A stretch of DNA of 64,000 bases, from NCBI GenBank assembly GCA_011109175.1, contig RDEW01000002.1:1656111-1720110 (forward strand), in the 5' to 3' direction. The DNA comes from Dicyema japonicum (Eukaryota > Animalia > Dicyemida). The notes under the pieces were generated by a model that had not been told where the DNA came from, searched no databases, and saw only the letters and a program-made list of their open reading frames with translations. This document shows positions 1-11,775 of the stretch, one piece after another; position 1 is the first letter of the stretch, and every line of letters begins with the position of its first letter. The translations under genes were made by a program, and so were the position numbers.

Positions 1-1265
1 CCCTTTGTCCCGAATCTCCCGGCACGTGCCACTCTGTGGAGGAAACTGTCAGCATCATCAGGCATGTCGTAGTTAAAGACGACATTGACTCTCTCAATGT
101 CTATTCCTCTGCCAAATAAATCCGTGGCCACAAGTATTCTCTTCTCAAAGTCTTTAAAGAGTTGGTATCTCTTCAACCTGCCATGTTAAATCAGTAAACC
201 TCTCCTCTTGCTGCATCCCTCGATGGATACAGATCACCTCAAAGTTAGCCTGAGCCAACACTTCGGTGAGGGCGATGCATCGATTAACCGTCCTCACGAA
301 TATAATGGTCTATTATGACTCCTCAATATACCTGATTAACACTCAGGGACTCCAAAAGGTTGGAGAGTGCCCTGGTCTTTGCGTTCTCGTCTATTTTAGC
401 GTAGTACTGCTGGAGACCGTGGAGAGTGAGTTTGGACTCGTCGTCTATGTAGATCTCCAAGGGCTACGAATAAAACCAAAGACCAACGTCTTTCATGAAC
501 TTCAGACAAACAGGTCTTATGGATTTTGGCAGAGTTGCGGAGAACATAATTACCTGTTTGCTGTGAGGGGTCTTCCGGAAGATGTCCTGGACGTCCGATC
601 TCATGTCTGCAAGGCTACCCCAAATCACCACCAACCTGCCTTGTCTAGAACCTTGTCACACTCATCCACCACAAAATGATGGCACTTGCTCAGATTAAGG
701 TGGTTCTCTGAGACCAACTGGAGGATCCTTCCCGGGGTTCCCACAACCACCTGAGGGTTCTTCCGAAGCTTGGATATGTCCAGTTGCATGGGAATACCCC
801 CAAAACACACAGCAACCTTAAAATTGCAATAATATACGAAACCTTAACTTCTGGGAGATACTTGGAGAATCTCTCGTACTCCTTGCTAATCTGGAAGGCC
901 AACTCACGTGTGTGACATAACACTAGGGTGTCCACGTTGGTGCAGTTCTCGTCCAGTTGGTGGAGTGTGGAGAGGACGTATACAGCGGTCTTCCCCATCC
1001 CTGACTTTGCCTGACAGACTATATCCATGTTCAAGATAGCCTGGGGGATGCACTGATGCTGGACTTCAGAGGGGTGTTCGAATCCGCACTCTTGGATGGT
1101 TCTCAGAAGCTCTGGCTTGAGAAGAAAATCCCTGAATCCCGAGCTATGAATTGCCACGTGGGATCCTTTTGGTTTCTGAGAATCGTTCGCTTGCTTCGTA
1201 GGTAGAACTGAATCATTCTCTTCTTCATCGTAGTCTAACAGATCTGTATCGTTGTAAAGAGACAT
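1..1265 (-). CDS. DDX39B: Spliceosome/export DEAD-box helicase UAP56/DDX39B (Sub2); 3' end beyond the window
   Basis: Motifs [23 protein letters not shown] and [13 protein letters not shown] reconstructed after removing five GT-AG introns: 817-842 (26 nt), 607-635 (29), 464-487 (24), 310-331 (22), 178-199 (22). Confidence 0.97.
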
Positions 1266-1514
1266 ATTCTGCGAATTTGTTTGAATAATTTAGTAAATAG
1301 GTGCCAGATAGACGTAAATAATTATAATAATCTTCGATAAACATACCAGTGAGAAGAACAACTAACGAATAATTAGTAACGTTTTTTCCATTTTAAATTT
1401 GGTTCGCCGCAGTTTAATTGATTTTTAAAATAAATTATTATATTTTATTTTAATCGTTTTATGTTAATTCTTTTATCACTTTATTTTTATCATTATTTTA
1501 TTTCACTAATATAT

Positions 1515-2770
1515 ATTATGGAAACAAGGACTAATACGGCCAATACTAAAACCAGGAAGACCGAGAGATGACCCAGCGTCTTTTAGACCGGTGTCACTAC
1601 TCTCCGCCATATCAAAAATCCTGAAGAGGCTTGTGCTCGGTAGAATAAAAAAGTTGTTACCAGAGAGGCCTTTTCAACATGGATTCAATAATTAGAGATC
1701 CACGTCTACATGCTTCCAAACATTGACCGACTTCATTCGAGTCGGATTCAAAATCAAATCGAAATATTTTAAAACAGTGCTCTGTTCGATAAGATAATTT
1801 AATAACAGTATAAGGACACATCATTTCACGACTGCTATCGAGAAAAATATTTTAATCGGAGATCCCAGGGAAGCTAAAGCTTTGGATCACTAACTTCTTA
1901 AGTGGACGAAAGGGACGTGTTTGCGTCGGAAGTCTGCAATCAATCTTACGGCTCCTCCCCAACTGAGTCCCTCAAGGATCTCATTTATCCCCTGCTCTGT
2001 TTAACTTCTTTCTGGCCGATCTTCCGACTCTTGAATCCGATATAGATGTTCTACTTTCCTATGCAGATGATATTGTGTTGACTTCGCGAAATCAGGACTT
2101 CCAGAAGGCCACAGAAAGAATACAAATTAACCTGGATAGGCTTAATGCCTGGATAATGGAAAACCGGCTCGTGGTGAATCCAGAGAAGTCGTCTACGTCA
2201 CTATATACCTCTGACAAAAGATTGGGAAGGAAGACAGTCACCTTGAAGTTAAACTAGGTCGGCATCTTTTTCAACAGATGTCAAAGGATCTTGGGTGTGA
2301 CAATTGATGTGCATCTCTGTTTGACACCACACGTAGAAGACATTTTATTGAAATGCGAGAAGAAACTGAAGGTATTGAAAAGTTTATCGGGAATATGGAA
2401 GAGTGTTACTCACCCAGTCTTGATGAATGTGTACAAACAGTACATCGAGCCATGTTTCTCATATGCATGCGCCTCGTGGGGACCGTCCATATCTTGGACA
2501 AATATGAGGAAAATTGAGGAAATGCAAAAGAGGGCTTACGAAGTAACGGAGCGATGGATTTGTGAAGATCACCAAACCGGATCTACGCCTCTGGAGGCCC
2601 TTATGGGACTAGACTCCAGATTACGGGAAGGTGGTCCTGAAAATTCAAGGCAGCCGTCCTGTACGTTCATGCGGGCACGATGGAAGAGTACCGGGCAAAG
2701 ATGAGGTCTCTGCTAGAATGCATCGGGATCACGTGATAATTAGTTTGGTTTTACCGTGGTCTTGGGTTAA
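1515..2770 (+). mobile_element. Decayed non-LTR retrotransposon (Jockey/Ingi-like RT and 3' end)
   Basis: Broken reading WKQGLIRPILKPG..FRPVSLLS..QHGF, VPQGSHLSPALF, YADD (about 2060-2075), LGVTID..HVEDILLKC..YIEPCFSYACASWG; multiple stops and frameshifts. Confidence 0.88.
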
Positions 2771-4332
2771 AAAAGACCTTTATGTTCAGTCCTCAGCCTC
2801 TTGCATTAAGAGATCGAAAGATATTACTGATCATATCGCTATTTCTGCGATTTGTCTTTGATTATAATCCGATGCATGGCTTTAGAGATATCTCTCATAA
2901 GCTCTTGTGATTAAGAACTCATTCCCTCTTGTGGTTTGCATGGAAATATGTTCACTCAACCATCTCTTTTGCTGAGGACTTGAAGACGCAGGATGTTCAG
3001 TATGACTGGATCTTCTCGGACTGGACATCAGAACAAAGACTCAACGGGGTGACTCTTCTTCAATGGAAGTGGCATCAGATCGTTGATGATAAAAAATAGG
3101 AGGGACATCCGACAAAAAGAGCGGCTAATTGAGCGAATTTCTACACAAATCTAAGAGAGAATGAGCTTTCAATCAGGTGAGCTGTTTGACAGAAATCAGC
3201 TGGAAGTTGAATGTCAGCCGAGTTTTAAAAAATAAATAAGTAAACAGACAAAAGAAGATCATTTACTCAGAGATATTTTTAAGGTATCGAAAATGAAGCC
3301 TTTACAAACTCCATTTTAGTCTTTTGATTTAAACGATTTCTCCTCCCTTTCACATTCCGAAAAAATTCTGCTTTAAAAAATCCTCCACAACACTGAATGA
3401 CAACTCACGTTTTTTAAGGGGGTAAAACAATATTGAATGACATAATATGGTAATACTTTCTACAATTGTAAATTTATGATACTACTATTCGTTGGTCCTC
3501 TGTTTTTACATAATAAGGCCACTCTGCGGATCTACGTGCATCTGAGGCTTCCTTTTTTCGGTGAGCAATAAAGTTCCATGTTGAATAATAAACGAGGCCT
3601 TTCGACAATCTAGAAGACGTTCGTGTGATATATGTACGTCACCACCTTTTTGAGTATCAAGGTCATCCATATCCGGCAGTTTGGGAACCACTTCATTGGG
3701 TCAGAAAAGTGTAGGATCCTTTTTGGATGCCGACCAGGTACGCCTTTTATGACTTAAAGGGGGGACAGAACAGAACATAATCCCTCCTTCGGCAGCACTA
3801 TTACGGACAAAATAGCCATTGATATTTTTCCTGTTCAGTCTTGTCCCATATCTGGCTAATGTCTTTTATTTCAAGATCTTTAACAATTACATTTTCATAT
3901 TCGATGAGTCATTGTTGAGGAGGAGGCCGTTAGGGTCATTTGGTCTGCCTCGATATTTTCCAGTAACAAAGGAGTTCCCACCTATTTTCGTGAATTGTCT
4001 CCATAATTAACTGACTTTGTAGCAAAAATACAATTTTTTGATTCAAGTCCTTTTGTTCACTGCTAATAATGGCTATTAGATACCTTCGATTGACGCTCCC
4101 TGATTCCGTAAATGATCGAGGACCACCTTCCCGATGGTCCTTGACGAGGACCTTCATGAGGTTAGGAGATCTCTCAGAGAAGAGGATCTGGATGGAGAAT
4201 GGAGGTTTGCTTGTGAAAAAACAAGTGTATATGACTTGGTTGTTAGTTGGTTTTGTTGCACATGTGTGGTCATGACCACAGAAGGAGGACGTGTGATGAG
4301 AATGGGCGGACCTATTTATCCACTTCTCTTGT

Positions 4333-4380
4333 TATATTGACGAGTCTATATTGACGACGAGTCTATATTGACGACGAGTC
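4333..4380 (+). repeat. Minisatellite TATATTGAC(GAC)GAGTC x3
   Basis: One 14-nt and two 17-nt units in tandem. Confidence 0.9.
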
Positions 4381-4559
4381 TTTTGCTTGTTTCATAGTCG
4401 AATAACACCATGGTGAATTAGTGTGATTTTGGTTTGCCATAAATTAAATTATCACCCCCCAGTTTCGGCAACATGGAACCTGGCTATCGGTAACAAATGA
4501 GTAGCTAAGACAAGACGCGCTCAAATATTCATTACTTTCATATCGAGCCCTGGTGGTCC

Positions 4560-6000
4560 GTGGAAAGCAACTAGTCGTCCAGCCAGTAGATGTCCACATC
4601 ATAACGAGCAACTTCCACTCTGACGGCCCTTGGAAGAAGCAGTTCTGAGGCGCTAATCTCAGGAAGTCTGCGTATCTTGTTCTCTTCTATGGTTCGTATG
4701 GCAAACGTAGACACAGTCATTGTTCTTTTGCCAGAGCCGAGATTTTTCTGAGTGTTTTTTTAAAAATAAGTTAGTTAGTTGCCCCGACCTCACTAGCATG
4801 CAGAAGGGTGGATACCATCAAGAGTCCACCTGATATTGTCCCTTAGTGAAATTAGTGGTCATGGTCCGGAGATGATTTGATTGATGATATTCACAAGCTT
4901 GTCAGGTGAGAGAAGTCTAAACTTTGATCCGTCCAAGAGGTGAGAATGTCGGAGCGGATTCACGATAGGATTCTTCTGGAATCTCTATCGAGGGTTGCTT
5001 CTGACTCATTTATTGGTGGTGACGGGGGAATCTTCGATTAGGTCATTGCAAAGATGCATAGGATTTGTTAGGTTGCTGGGGAATTGTAGGTTTCGTATAC
5101 ACAGGTGATCTTCAATTAGAAGAATACAGGATTCCCAATGTAGGCGGTCTATAGGTGTCCGCAGGTTGCAACAGGTGATTGATTGCAAAGCAACATTTTG
5201 ACTTTTTTACGTTTTTGTAGATTTGAATGGGACACACAACTAGACCAGCTGGAACTAGTAATTCAAAGTAGTTCTGAAGAACTGTTTGAATATAAGTTTA
5301 AGTGTTTTCTTAGTGTTCAATTAAGTTTTCGTTTGGTCTTCAGGATGGTCCACGTGGGACGAGAAAGAAAGTGATCCCAGTTATTTTGTCTTTTTTTCAG
5401 AGAGAACTTTTGTTAAATCATATGCGTAAGGATCCTGGATCACGTAGGATCAAGCCATGTCGGAAAGCTGGTAGTTCGAGAGACGGGAAAATCTTTTGGA
5501 AGACCGGTTTATCTAGCAAGGGGTACGTCAATGGTTGATTGAAACTAGGGGATTTCGAGGCACTAATTTTGACAATTTACACTCCCTAACATTACGAAAT
5601 ATAAATAGACTGGGCCACGTTTCTGTGGACGCCCACGAGTCACACTTTCTGAGATACTTGATGCTGACCTTAAATACGCCAAAAAATGAGTAGAGAATAT
5701 TTGGGGGACTTGAGAAAGGGTACACACAACCGTGGAAGGTGAAACTGCTTAGTTTGATTGTTCTAGCGCCGCACGGGTAAAACTATGGCTACTATGGCTT
5801 TGCGTCTGTTGCTTTAATAAGGCATGTCTCATCAGGACCCGTTAAGCCTTCGAAATCCGATTTCCTAGACGCAAGAGAACCAGAAGTCTCACCAGCGAGT
5901 GGAACAAACAAAAAAATCCTCGGCAGAACCGCGTAATTTGCCCGTTTTAACCTCTTGTACTTCTAAGCGGCACAGGATCCAGAAGCTGTCTGGAATAGGT
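4560..6000 (-). mobile_element. Cluster of highly decayed non-LTR retroelement fragments
   Basis: Minus-strand LPRAVRVEVAR-(R)CGHLL (ORF2 C-terminal-like) near 4600-4650; GPD-like and FQHG-like remnants at 5450-5850; no intact ORF. Confidence 0.4.
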
Positions 6001-6559
6001 TGCATGGAGAAATAATTGATCTGAGATTTTATTCAAAAAATTATAAATAGAAAATCAATTAAATCAATAATATTTATATATTGACATAAATTTTACATTT
6101 TGACCGATTTTGATTTTTTGACTGACTAAATTTTAAGAACAGTGTATAAAGTGGCAGTAGAATTTCAGATGTTCCCCGGTTTGAATAACGTCCTTTCCGA
6201 GTGAAGGTGCCATGCTTCTAGGATGGTCGAGGCTGTCATCTGTGGCAATTCAATGCGAACCGAGACCAACACAACCAAAAGAAAAAAAAAATTAAAAACA
6301 TTCATAATGTCTTGGCCTCCTTTATTAATTAGCATAACTTAAAATACAGTGATGTCCTGCCCACGTGGAGGTTAGTAGTGAAAACATCACTAAATCTCCG
6401 GGAAAATAGCTTTATAAGATTTTGACTTTGTCGGCATAATTTCCCTACAGTCCATGCATTAGGACAGATATACGATGGGTCCCTTAATGCATTCAAATAG
6501 TCTGACATTAATTAGTATAATTTACGATTTCAAATTTAATCAATCAAACAGTAATTAAG

Positions 6560-6860
6560 TGTTCACTCAGTGCTACTTCAGTAAACACACGCCTTCATTC
6601 TTAAGTATCCACCAGTGAGCATCCTCTCATACAGATTCGACCAAATTGAGAAGCATTCTACTAGCACTTCTCCAATGCTCACTCATTCTCAGTGTTACTT
6701 AGCAACCCATATTTAACACAATTAATTCTTAAGTATCCAACAGTAAGTAATATCTCCTGAGTTCCACTGTCCTCATAAACATCCTCTCATACAGATTCGA
6801 CCGATCAGGGAACCATTCTCTTAGCAAATTTACAATATTCTCACATTCTTAAGTCAAAAT
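6560..6860. repeat. Degenerate local repeat cluster
   Basis: ATTCTTAAGT(ATCCA) occurs three times (about 6597, 6726, 6845) and CATCCTCTCATACAGATTCGACC twice (about 6620, 6780). Confidence 0.7.
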
Positions 6861-6959
6861 TCCTAAGAAACCCGGTAAATTGCAGAATAAAAAAATGCAT
6901 TCAAAATTATAAGGAAAATAACCATAAATAATTATGAAAGAGGAATTTATTAGTAAAAG

Positions 6960-7287
6960 TTAAGCAGTTTGTCCGTTCAAACGTCGCCACTGAAAGTAAA
7001 ACAAAGCAAATACCGCGGCTATCCGATCCAAAATCTTCTTGGGGTTTTTTCCATGCTAAAATGATAATTAAAGTTTACGAGGATGACGAGTTCGTTCAAG
7101 TCGTCGGCATACTAAACTGAGTCCAATTATTTACTAATTTGTTTTTTTCGGGAACCAGCCTAATCCTACCGTCATTTCTGATGAACAGGTAATAAAAGGT
7201 AAGTAGGATCAGAAAAGCCCCACAACCTAACAAAATGTTTTTGTAACGAGAATTCCTAAACAACACCAGAAGATATTTTGAATTCAT
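6960..7287 (-). CDS. Small orphan single-pass (type II-like) membrane protein, about 85-95 aa
   Basis: ATG 7287 next to an AT-rich spacer; one TM segment (ILLGCGAFLILLTFYYLF); two 23-nt GT-AG introns (plus a possible 24-nt one) keep the frame open to TAA at 6960-6962. No family recognised. Confidence 0.5.
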
Positions 7288-7394
7288 TATAATTTTATTT
7301 TATTATTTTAATCGTTTTTAAATTATTATTGTCATATTTGTTTAATTTAAATGATTTTTTATGGAAAATAATTATTTAACGAACTACAACGGAA

Positions 7395-7622
7395 ATTATT
7401 AAAGGAGGCTATTCTACCGAGCTACCCTCTATTCCAAATACTATCGAATTATCTACAATCATACAGAAATTTTGAGCCGATGCCATGTCCAATGAGAAGA
7501 GCTGTTCAGGATTTTCGACCCCGCCGGACTTGTCCTCACATTTGTCGATCTGGGCTTAGTAAGATGAGAACTTTTATTTCTTTCTCTTTGACCCAGTTAT
7601 CCTGGGGGTAATAATAATAATT
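7395..7622 (+). mobile_element. 5'-truncated non-LTR 3' end with (TAA)n tail
   Basis: Similar to 14900-15073 (AATGAGAAGAGCTGT..CAGGATTTT..CTTTCTCTTTGACCCAGT..GTAATAATAATAA). Confidence 0.8.
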
Positions 7623-7689
7623 TGTAGCCTTGATACGAATGAATTATGGAACGCGCCGTCGTGACTGCGAAGGTCCAGTAACTCGACCG

Positions 7690-8030
7690 ATACGTGCTTG
7701 TATGGGGTCGAGGGAGAAGCATCGGGCCAAGATGAGGTCCCTGCTAGAGTGTGCTTTTTATTTATTTAACTCCAAGACCACCAAGAAAGATAGGTCAAAA
7801 CTAACTAATTAAGTGATCCCAGCCTCCATCCGAACTCACTTCGTCTGGTCTTCTGATGACCCAACCGCATTCCTTTTGCATAGGGATTCAAAAAGCGTGC
7901 ACTTTTTTTTATAACCGACCGAAATTCCTCTGCATGGGTCATCTTTTCCTTGAATGTGTCTCCCAGAGTGTGCTGGGATCACGTGATTAGTTAGTTATGT
8001 AACCGTGGTCTCTGGTGTTATTATTATGGA
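7690..8030 (+). mobile_element. Two short 3'-end fragments of the 1.5-2.8 kb retroelement family
   Basis: AAGATGAGGTCCCTGCTAGAG and GGGATCACGTGATTAGTTAG..ACCGTGGTC match 2695-2765. Confidence 0.7.
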
Positions 8031-8039
8031 CGTCACTTG

Positions 8040-8280
8040 CTACATCAATTTCCCCTTTCGATGGATTGCCAAACACTTTGGAGAGGTCAATTACTCCCAA
8101 AGAAGTCAAAATGGCTTGTAATAAACCAAGCAACTATAGGAGTCCCATAGAGCTCTATTAGTTACACTACTAAATTCCTTACGTAAAGTTCTAGTAGATA
8201 TTACGCTGGAACGAATAAAGGACCAGCTTAATTATATCTACAAGAAGGTCAAAGTGGATTTCTCTATTTATAGATCATCC
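8040..8280 (+). mobile_element. RTE-like RT fragment
   Basis: Reads LLVTLLNSLRKVLVDITLERIKDQL (RT domain 1-like); degenerate. Confidence 0.5.
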
Positions 8281-8977
8281 ATTATTTTTATCAAAATTCG
8301 AATATTTGTCAAAAAAGATTATTCCATTATAATCGAGTGTTTTAGTGTACAATTAGTCTCCAAGGAAACACATCAATTATGTCGTATATATTAGCATCTA
8401 TCATCGTACACACTTGAGCTGTTGGTTCTCAGAGTTCTCTCAACTCGTCCTCCTCCAATAGGATGCAACCTCTTGTCTCCTTTGGAGTACCGATAAAGTG
8501 TAGGCTCAGGAAACATCAGCAATAGTCTTTAAGAAAAGGTCCGCGTTAAATACTCCGGATTCAAATGGTATTGACTAGGCATATGCAAGCGGAGAACTAA
8601 CAAAAAGGAGACACTTCCTTTTTGGGCAACCGGTTATCACAATCAACTCCCTCCTCGAATGACTTCCAAACGATCCAATAGGCACTTTCATTATCCTCAT
8701 AGAATTCTTCACTATCTACCCAAGAGTGAATCTCCTTGGGTCCTCCCACAAATCTCCCCTCGAAACATCGACTCAGCTCCTATACTAGAAAATCATTTCC
8801 TCCGTGGTTTTCTTGATTACCAACGTTGATGGTCAATAGCCTGGCATTCCCCTAATTTGATGTTACAAGGCAAATTTTGACCACCCACGATAAGTCAACT
8901 CCAGTTCTCTGACAAGAGGCTTGTCGAACCCACGTGGTGAAGACTTATCTTCAATTAGTATTATTTGATAACTCCTA

Positions 8978-9207
8978 ATCAATTAATTAATATATTCAAC
9001 ACTAACGTAACCAAATTCAATTATATTTAAATCACTTATTGCCTCAACAAATCTCCAATTAGTCTCATTTATACCAATTAAGCGCAAATCTCATCAATTA
9101 ATTAATATATTCAACACTAACGTAACCAAATTCAATTATATTTAAATCACTTATTGCCTCAACAAATCTCCAATTAGTCTCATTTATACCAATTAAGCGC
9201 AAATCTC
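8978..9207 (+). repeat. Perfect 115-bp tandem duplication directly upstream of the nAChR ATG
   Basis: 8978-9092 is identical to 9093-9207. Confidence 0.95.
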
Positions 9208-9210
9208 ACA

Positions 9211-10766
9211 ATGCTGTTTCTAGTTTTCCTAAGCATCTCCAAAATAAGTTGTGGTATTACAATACACAGGGTTATTGCGCAATGTGTCGATCTCCGGGGA
9301 AAATAAATTGCTAAAGAAGTTGATAAACGAGTACAGGGTGAGAGGACTCTACGGACTGCCCATATGGAACTACACAGATAAGCTCAGAGTCTCAATTGGG
9401 CTGTCGTTGGTACAAATTGTGGACTTGAATGAAATCGAGGGAACTCTGACAACTAGCATTTGGCTGACTCTGGTCTTGGAATGCTGAATTTTTCAGAATT
9501 GGAAGGACTACTACCTTAAATGGGACCCTGCCGAGAACAACAACATCACCAGCCTTAGAATGAATATCAAATTCATCTGGTCCCCGGATATTGTGCTTTA
9601 TAACACGTTATGTGCGTTCTGAACCTCGTAGAGCTGACGACCGTCTCGATGAAAAAAGGGACGCGTTGGCGACCGTTCGATACGACGGAGAAGTCACGTG
9701 GATACCTCAGTCGTTATTCAAAAGTCTATGCAATTTCGATGTCACCTATTTTCCATTTGATATTCAAAACTGCTCGATGATCTTCGGTCCCTGGACATAC
9801 GATTCCGAACGGTTAGAACTGGACTTTTACAAAGGAATTCACAGGATCATCCTGGGAAATTACGTGGCCAGTAACGAATGGGACATCACCGGCCACACAG
9901 GATTCAAAAGACATAAGACGTAGGTTCTGCATTTCTAATTTAGTTATGGCTGCTGCCCTAACAAGAGTTATACGCTCATTATTTATTCAATAAAACTACG
10001 ACGGAAGGTCCTCTTCCACTTTTTCACTCTGATGGTCCCCTGCATTCTCTTGTCGGTCCTGACTGCTGTCAGTTTCTGGATTCCTCCGTGGTCCCCCGCC
10101 AAGATCATCATAGGTTTTGAGATCTCCGATTTTAGGAGTGAATATATTCCTAGCATTCATCCTTCTTTTACTTCTTCTGGCCCAATCAACCCCCAAAACG
10201 AAAATAATCCCAATCATAGGTGCCCCACGTGTACTGGTATACCCTAGGCGAACTCTTTGGAGCCACAATGTCGATGATTGCCCTCTCCACGTTGTTTGCT
10301 ATTTACATATCAAACATTTACGTCACCAAAAACACCCCAATATCCTCATTTTGGAAAAAAGTGATTAAATTCACTAATTTAGATCATTTTCAGTTATTTG
10401 GCCAGAATTCTCTTAATGAGGGAAGAGCTTGGCTTTAAGGCCGAGAAGAATGAAGTTCGTGAGGCACACGAATTGGCGATGCGGACTCCATTTAATACTT
10501 TTCCTGAAAATAGTCAGATCGGTTATAAATGCTAGATTTTAGAGACAATATATCAAATATTAAAGAGTATATCGACTTTTTGTGCGATAGATCACGTGTG
10601 AAGCATATAAACTCAAAGATTCTGAGAGAACGGAAGTTTGTTGCTTTGGTGATTGATCGTCTGTTTTTTGTCTGCTATTTTGTGGCCATCACGTTTATTA
10701 TCACCACTCAATTAATAAGTATTTTTTATGAATTATATTTTAGAGATATCTGTATTTTTCCGCTAA
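9211..10766 (+). CDS. Nicotinic acetylcholine receptor alpha-type subunit, predicted anion-selective
   Basis: Signal peptide, W-x-P-D-I-V-L-Y-N, Cys loop CNFDVTYFPFDIQNC, loop B WTY, loop C YGCC, TM1-TM4 (RKFVALVIDRLFF); about nine introns of 22-28 nt. TM2 entry is SPAK. The last intron and stop at 10764-10766 are inferred; the unspliced ORF would end at 10813. Confidence 0.93.
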
Positions 10767-10799
10767 TTGTTGATTTTTTAATTATTTTAATTATTATTT

Positions 10800-11110
10800 C
10801 AAAAATTTATTAACAATAAAATATTATTTATTAATAATGGGGGAGAGCGGCTGCTGACATCACGGAGTAAGCGTTACCGCGAACAACTGCGATACCAATT
10901 CTTTGCCTCAGCCAGACCGCTTCCCGCACGTCTTTCTTGCGGTGGGCCAACTTTTCCCGATTTCCTTTAGGAAAGAGGCTGTAATACTTCCAGCCGCACT
11001 AGACGTCTCGATTGCTACCGGTACAAAACGGTAGCGGTCTTCAATTTCGCCATATNAATTCCAGGTAGTACCGAGTTGAAAGACTCGACCACGTTGATAA
11101 AATCACTCTC
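10800..11110 (-). mobile_element. CRE-like (RLE endonuclease) non-LTR 3' fragment
   Basis: Minus strand reads YRFVPVAIETSS..FLKEIG..QRIGIAVVRGNAYSVMSAA followed by an AT-rich tail; contains an N at 11057. Confidence 0.8.
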
Positions 11111-11775
11111 CGAGTATGTGATATTTATTAGCTCCGATTTCTTTATGTTTATCTCGAGTCCGAGGTTTCGTAGTGCCGGCACGGCATGTGACAGAACGTC
11201 GTGTACTTTTCTCCACGGCCCTCCAATTGTGGCGTCATCGATTAATTATAAATTTGTTAAGAGTTGAAGGGACTTCAAAGTAATAGTCTCAAAAACTTTC
11301 AAAGTCAAATTCGTGAGATCAGGGATTCTGGTGTCTGGAGAAGGGGATCGTGAAATGTTTGGAAGAATCAGGTAGGTGACTAGCTGACAAGGACTCACAA
11401 GTATTTTTAAGAAGCAAAATATCCTCTCGATGTGGGTACACATGACCAAACTTCTTTGAGGTTTTTGCAAGAAAAACGGGGTCACGATTTGTCTATCTAT
11501 CTGCTGTAATATCAGTGAGATCCCGAGAACATAGAGCCAAGATGAGGTTATAAAACACGTTGATATCATAAATTCTGATTTAAACTGTTCATCCCCCAAC
11601 AATTAAGCAAATATAGATTGGTCTTAAAGAAGAGACTATTGACTCAGATCCTTGACTAAGGGAGCCGAATTGAATTCACCTAAGATTGCAATCCCACGTA
11701 ACAATCAAGAACATTTCCACGGAGTAATATACGAAGATGATGGGACCCTGATAAGAGGGTAGACCCCCTCGTAAC

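Noticed and set aside
266-679. 137-aa plus-strand ORF, and similar ORFs at 16024-16353, 36271-36660 and 37343-37570
   Set aside because: Antisense shadows of UAP56, the acidic orphan and CFAP43 exons.
4333-4380. CRISPR-like repeat array (also considered 6560-6860)
   Set aside because: No unique spacers of regular length, no cas genes, eukaryotic context.
1448-7319. Shared TTTTAATCGTTTT upstream of UAP56 and the 7.3 kb orphan
   Set aside because: Low complexity, very different distances to the ATG (183 versus 19 nt), only two instances.
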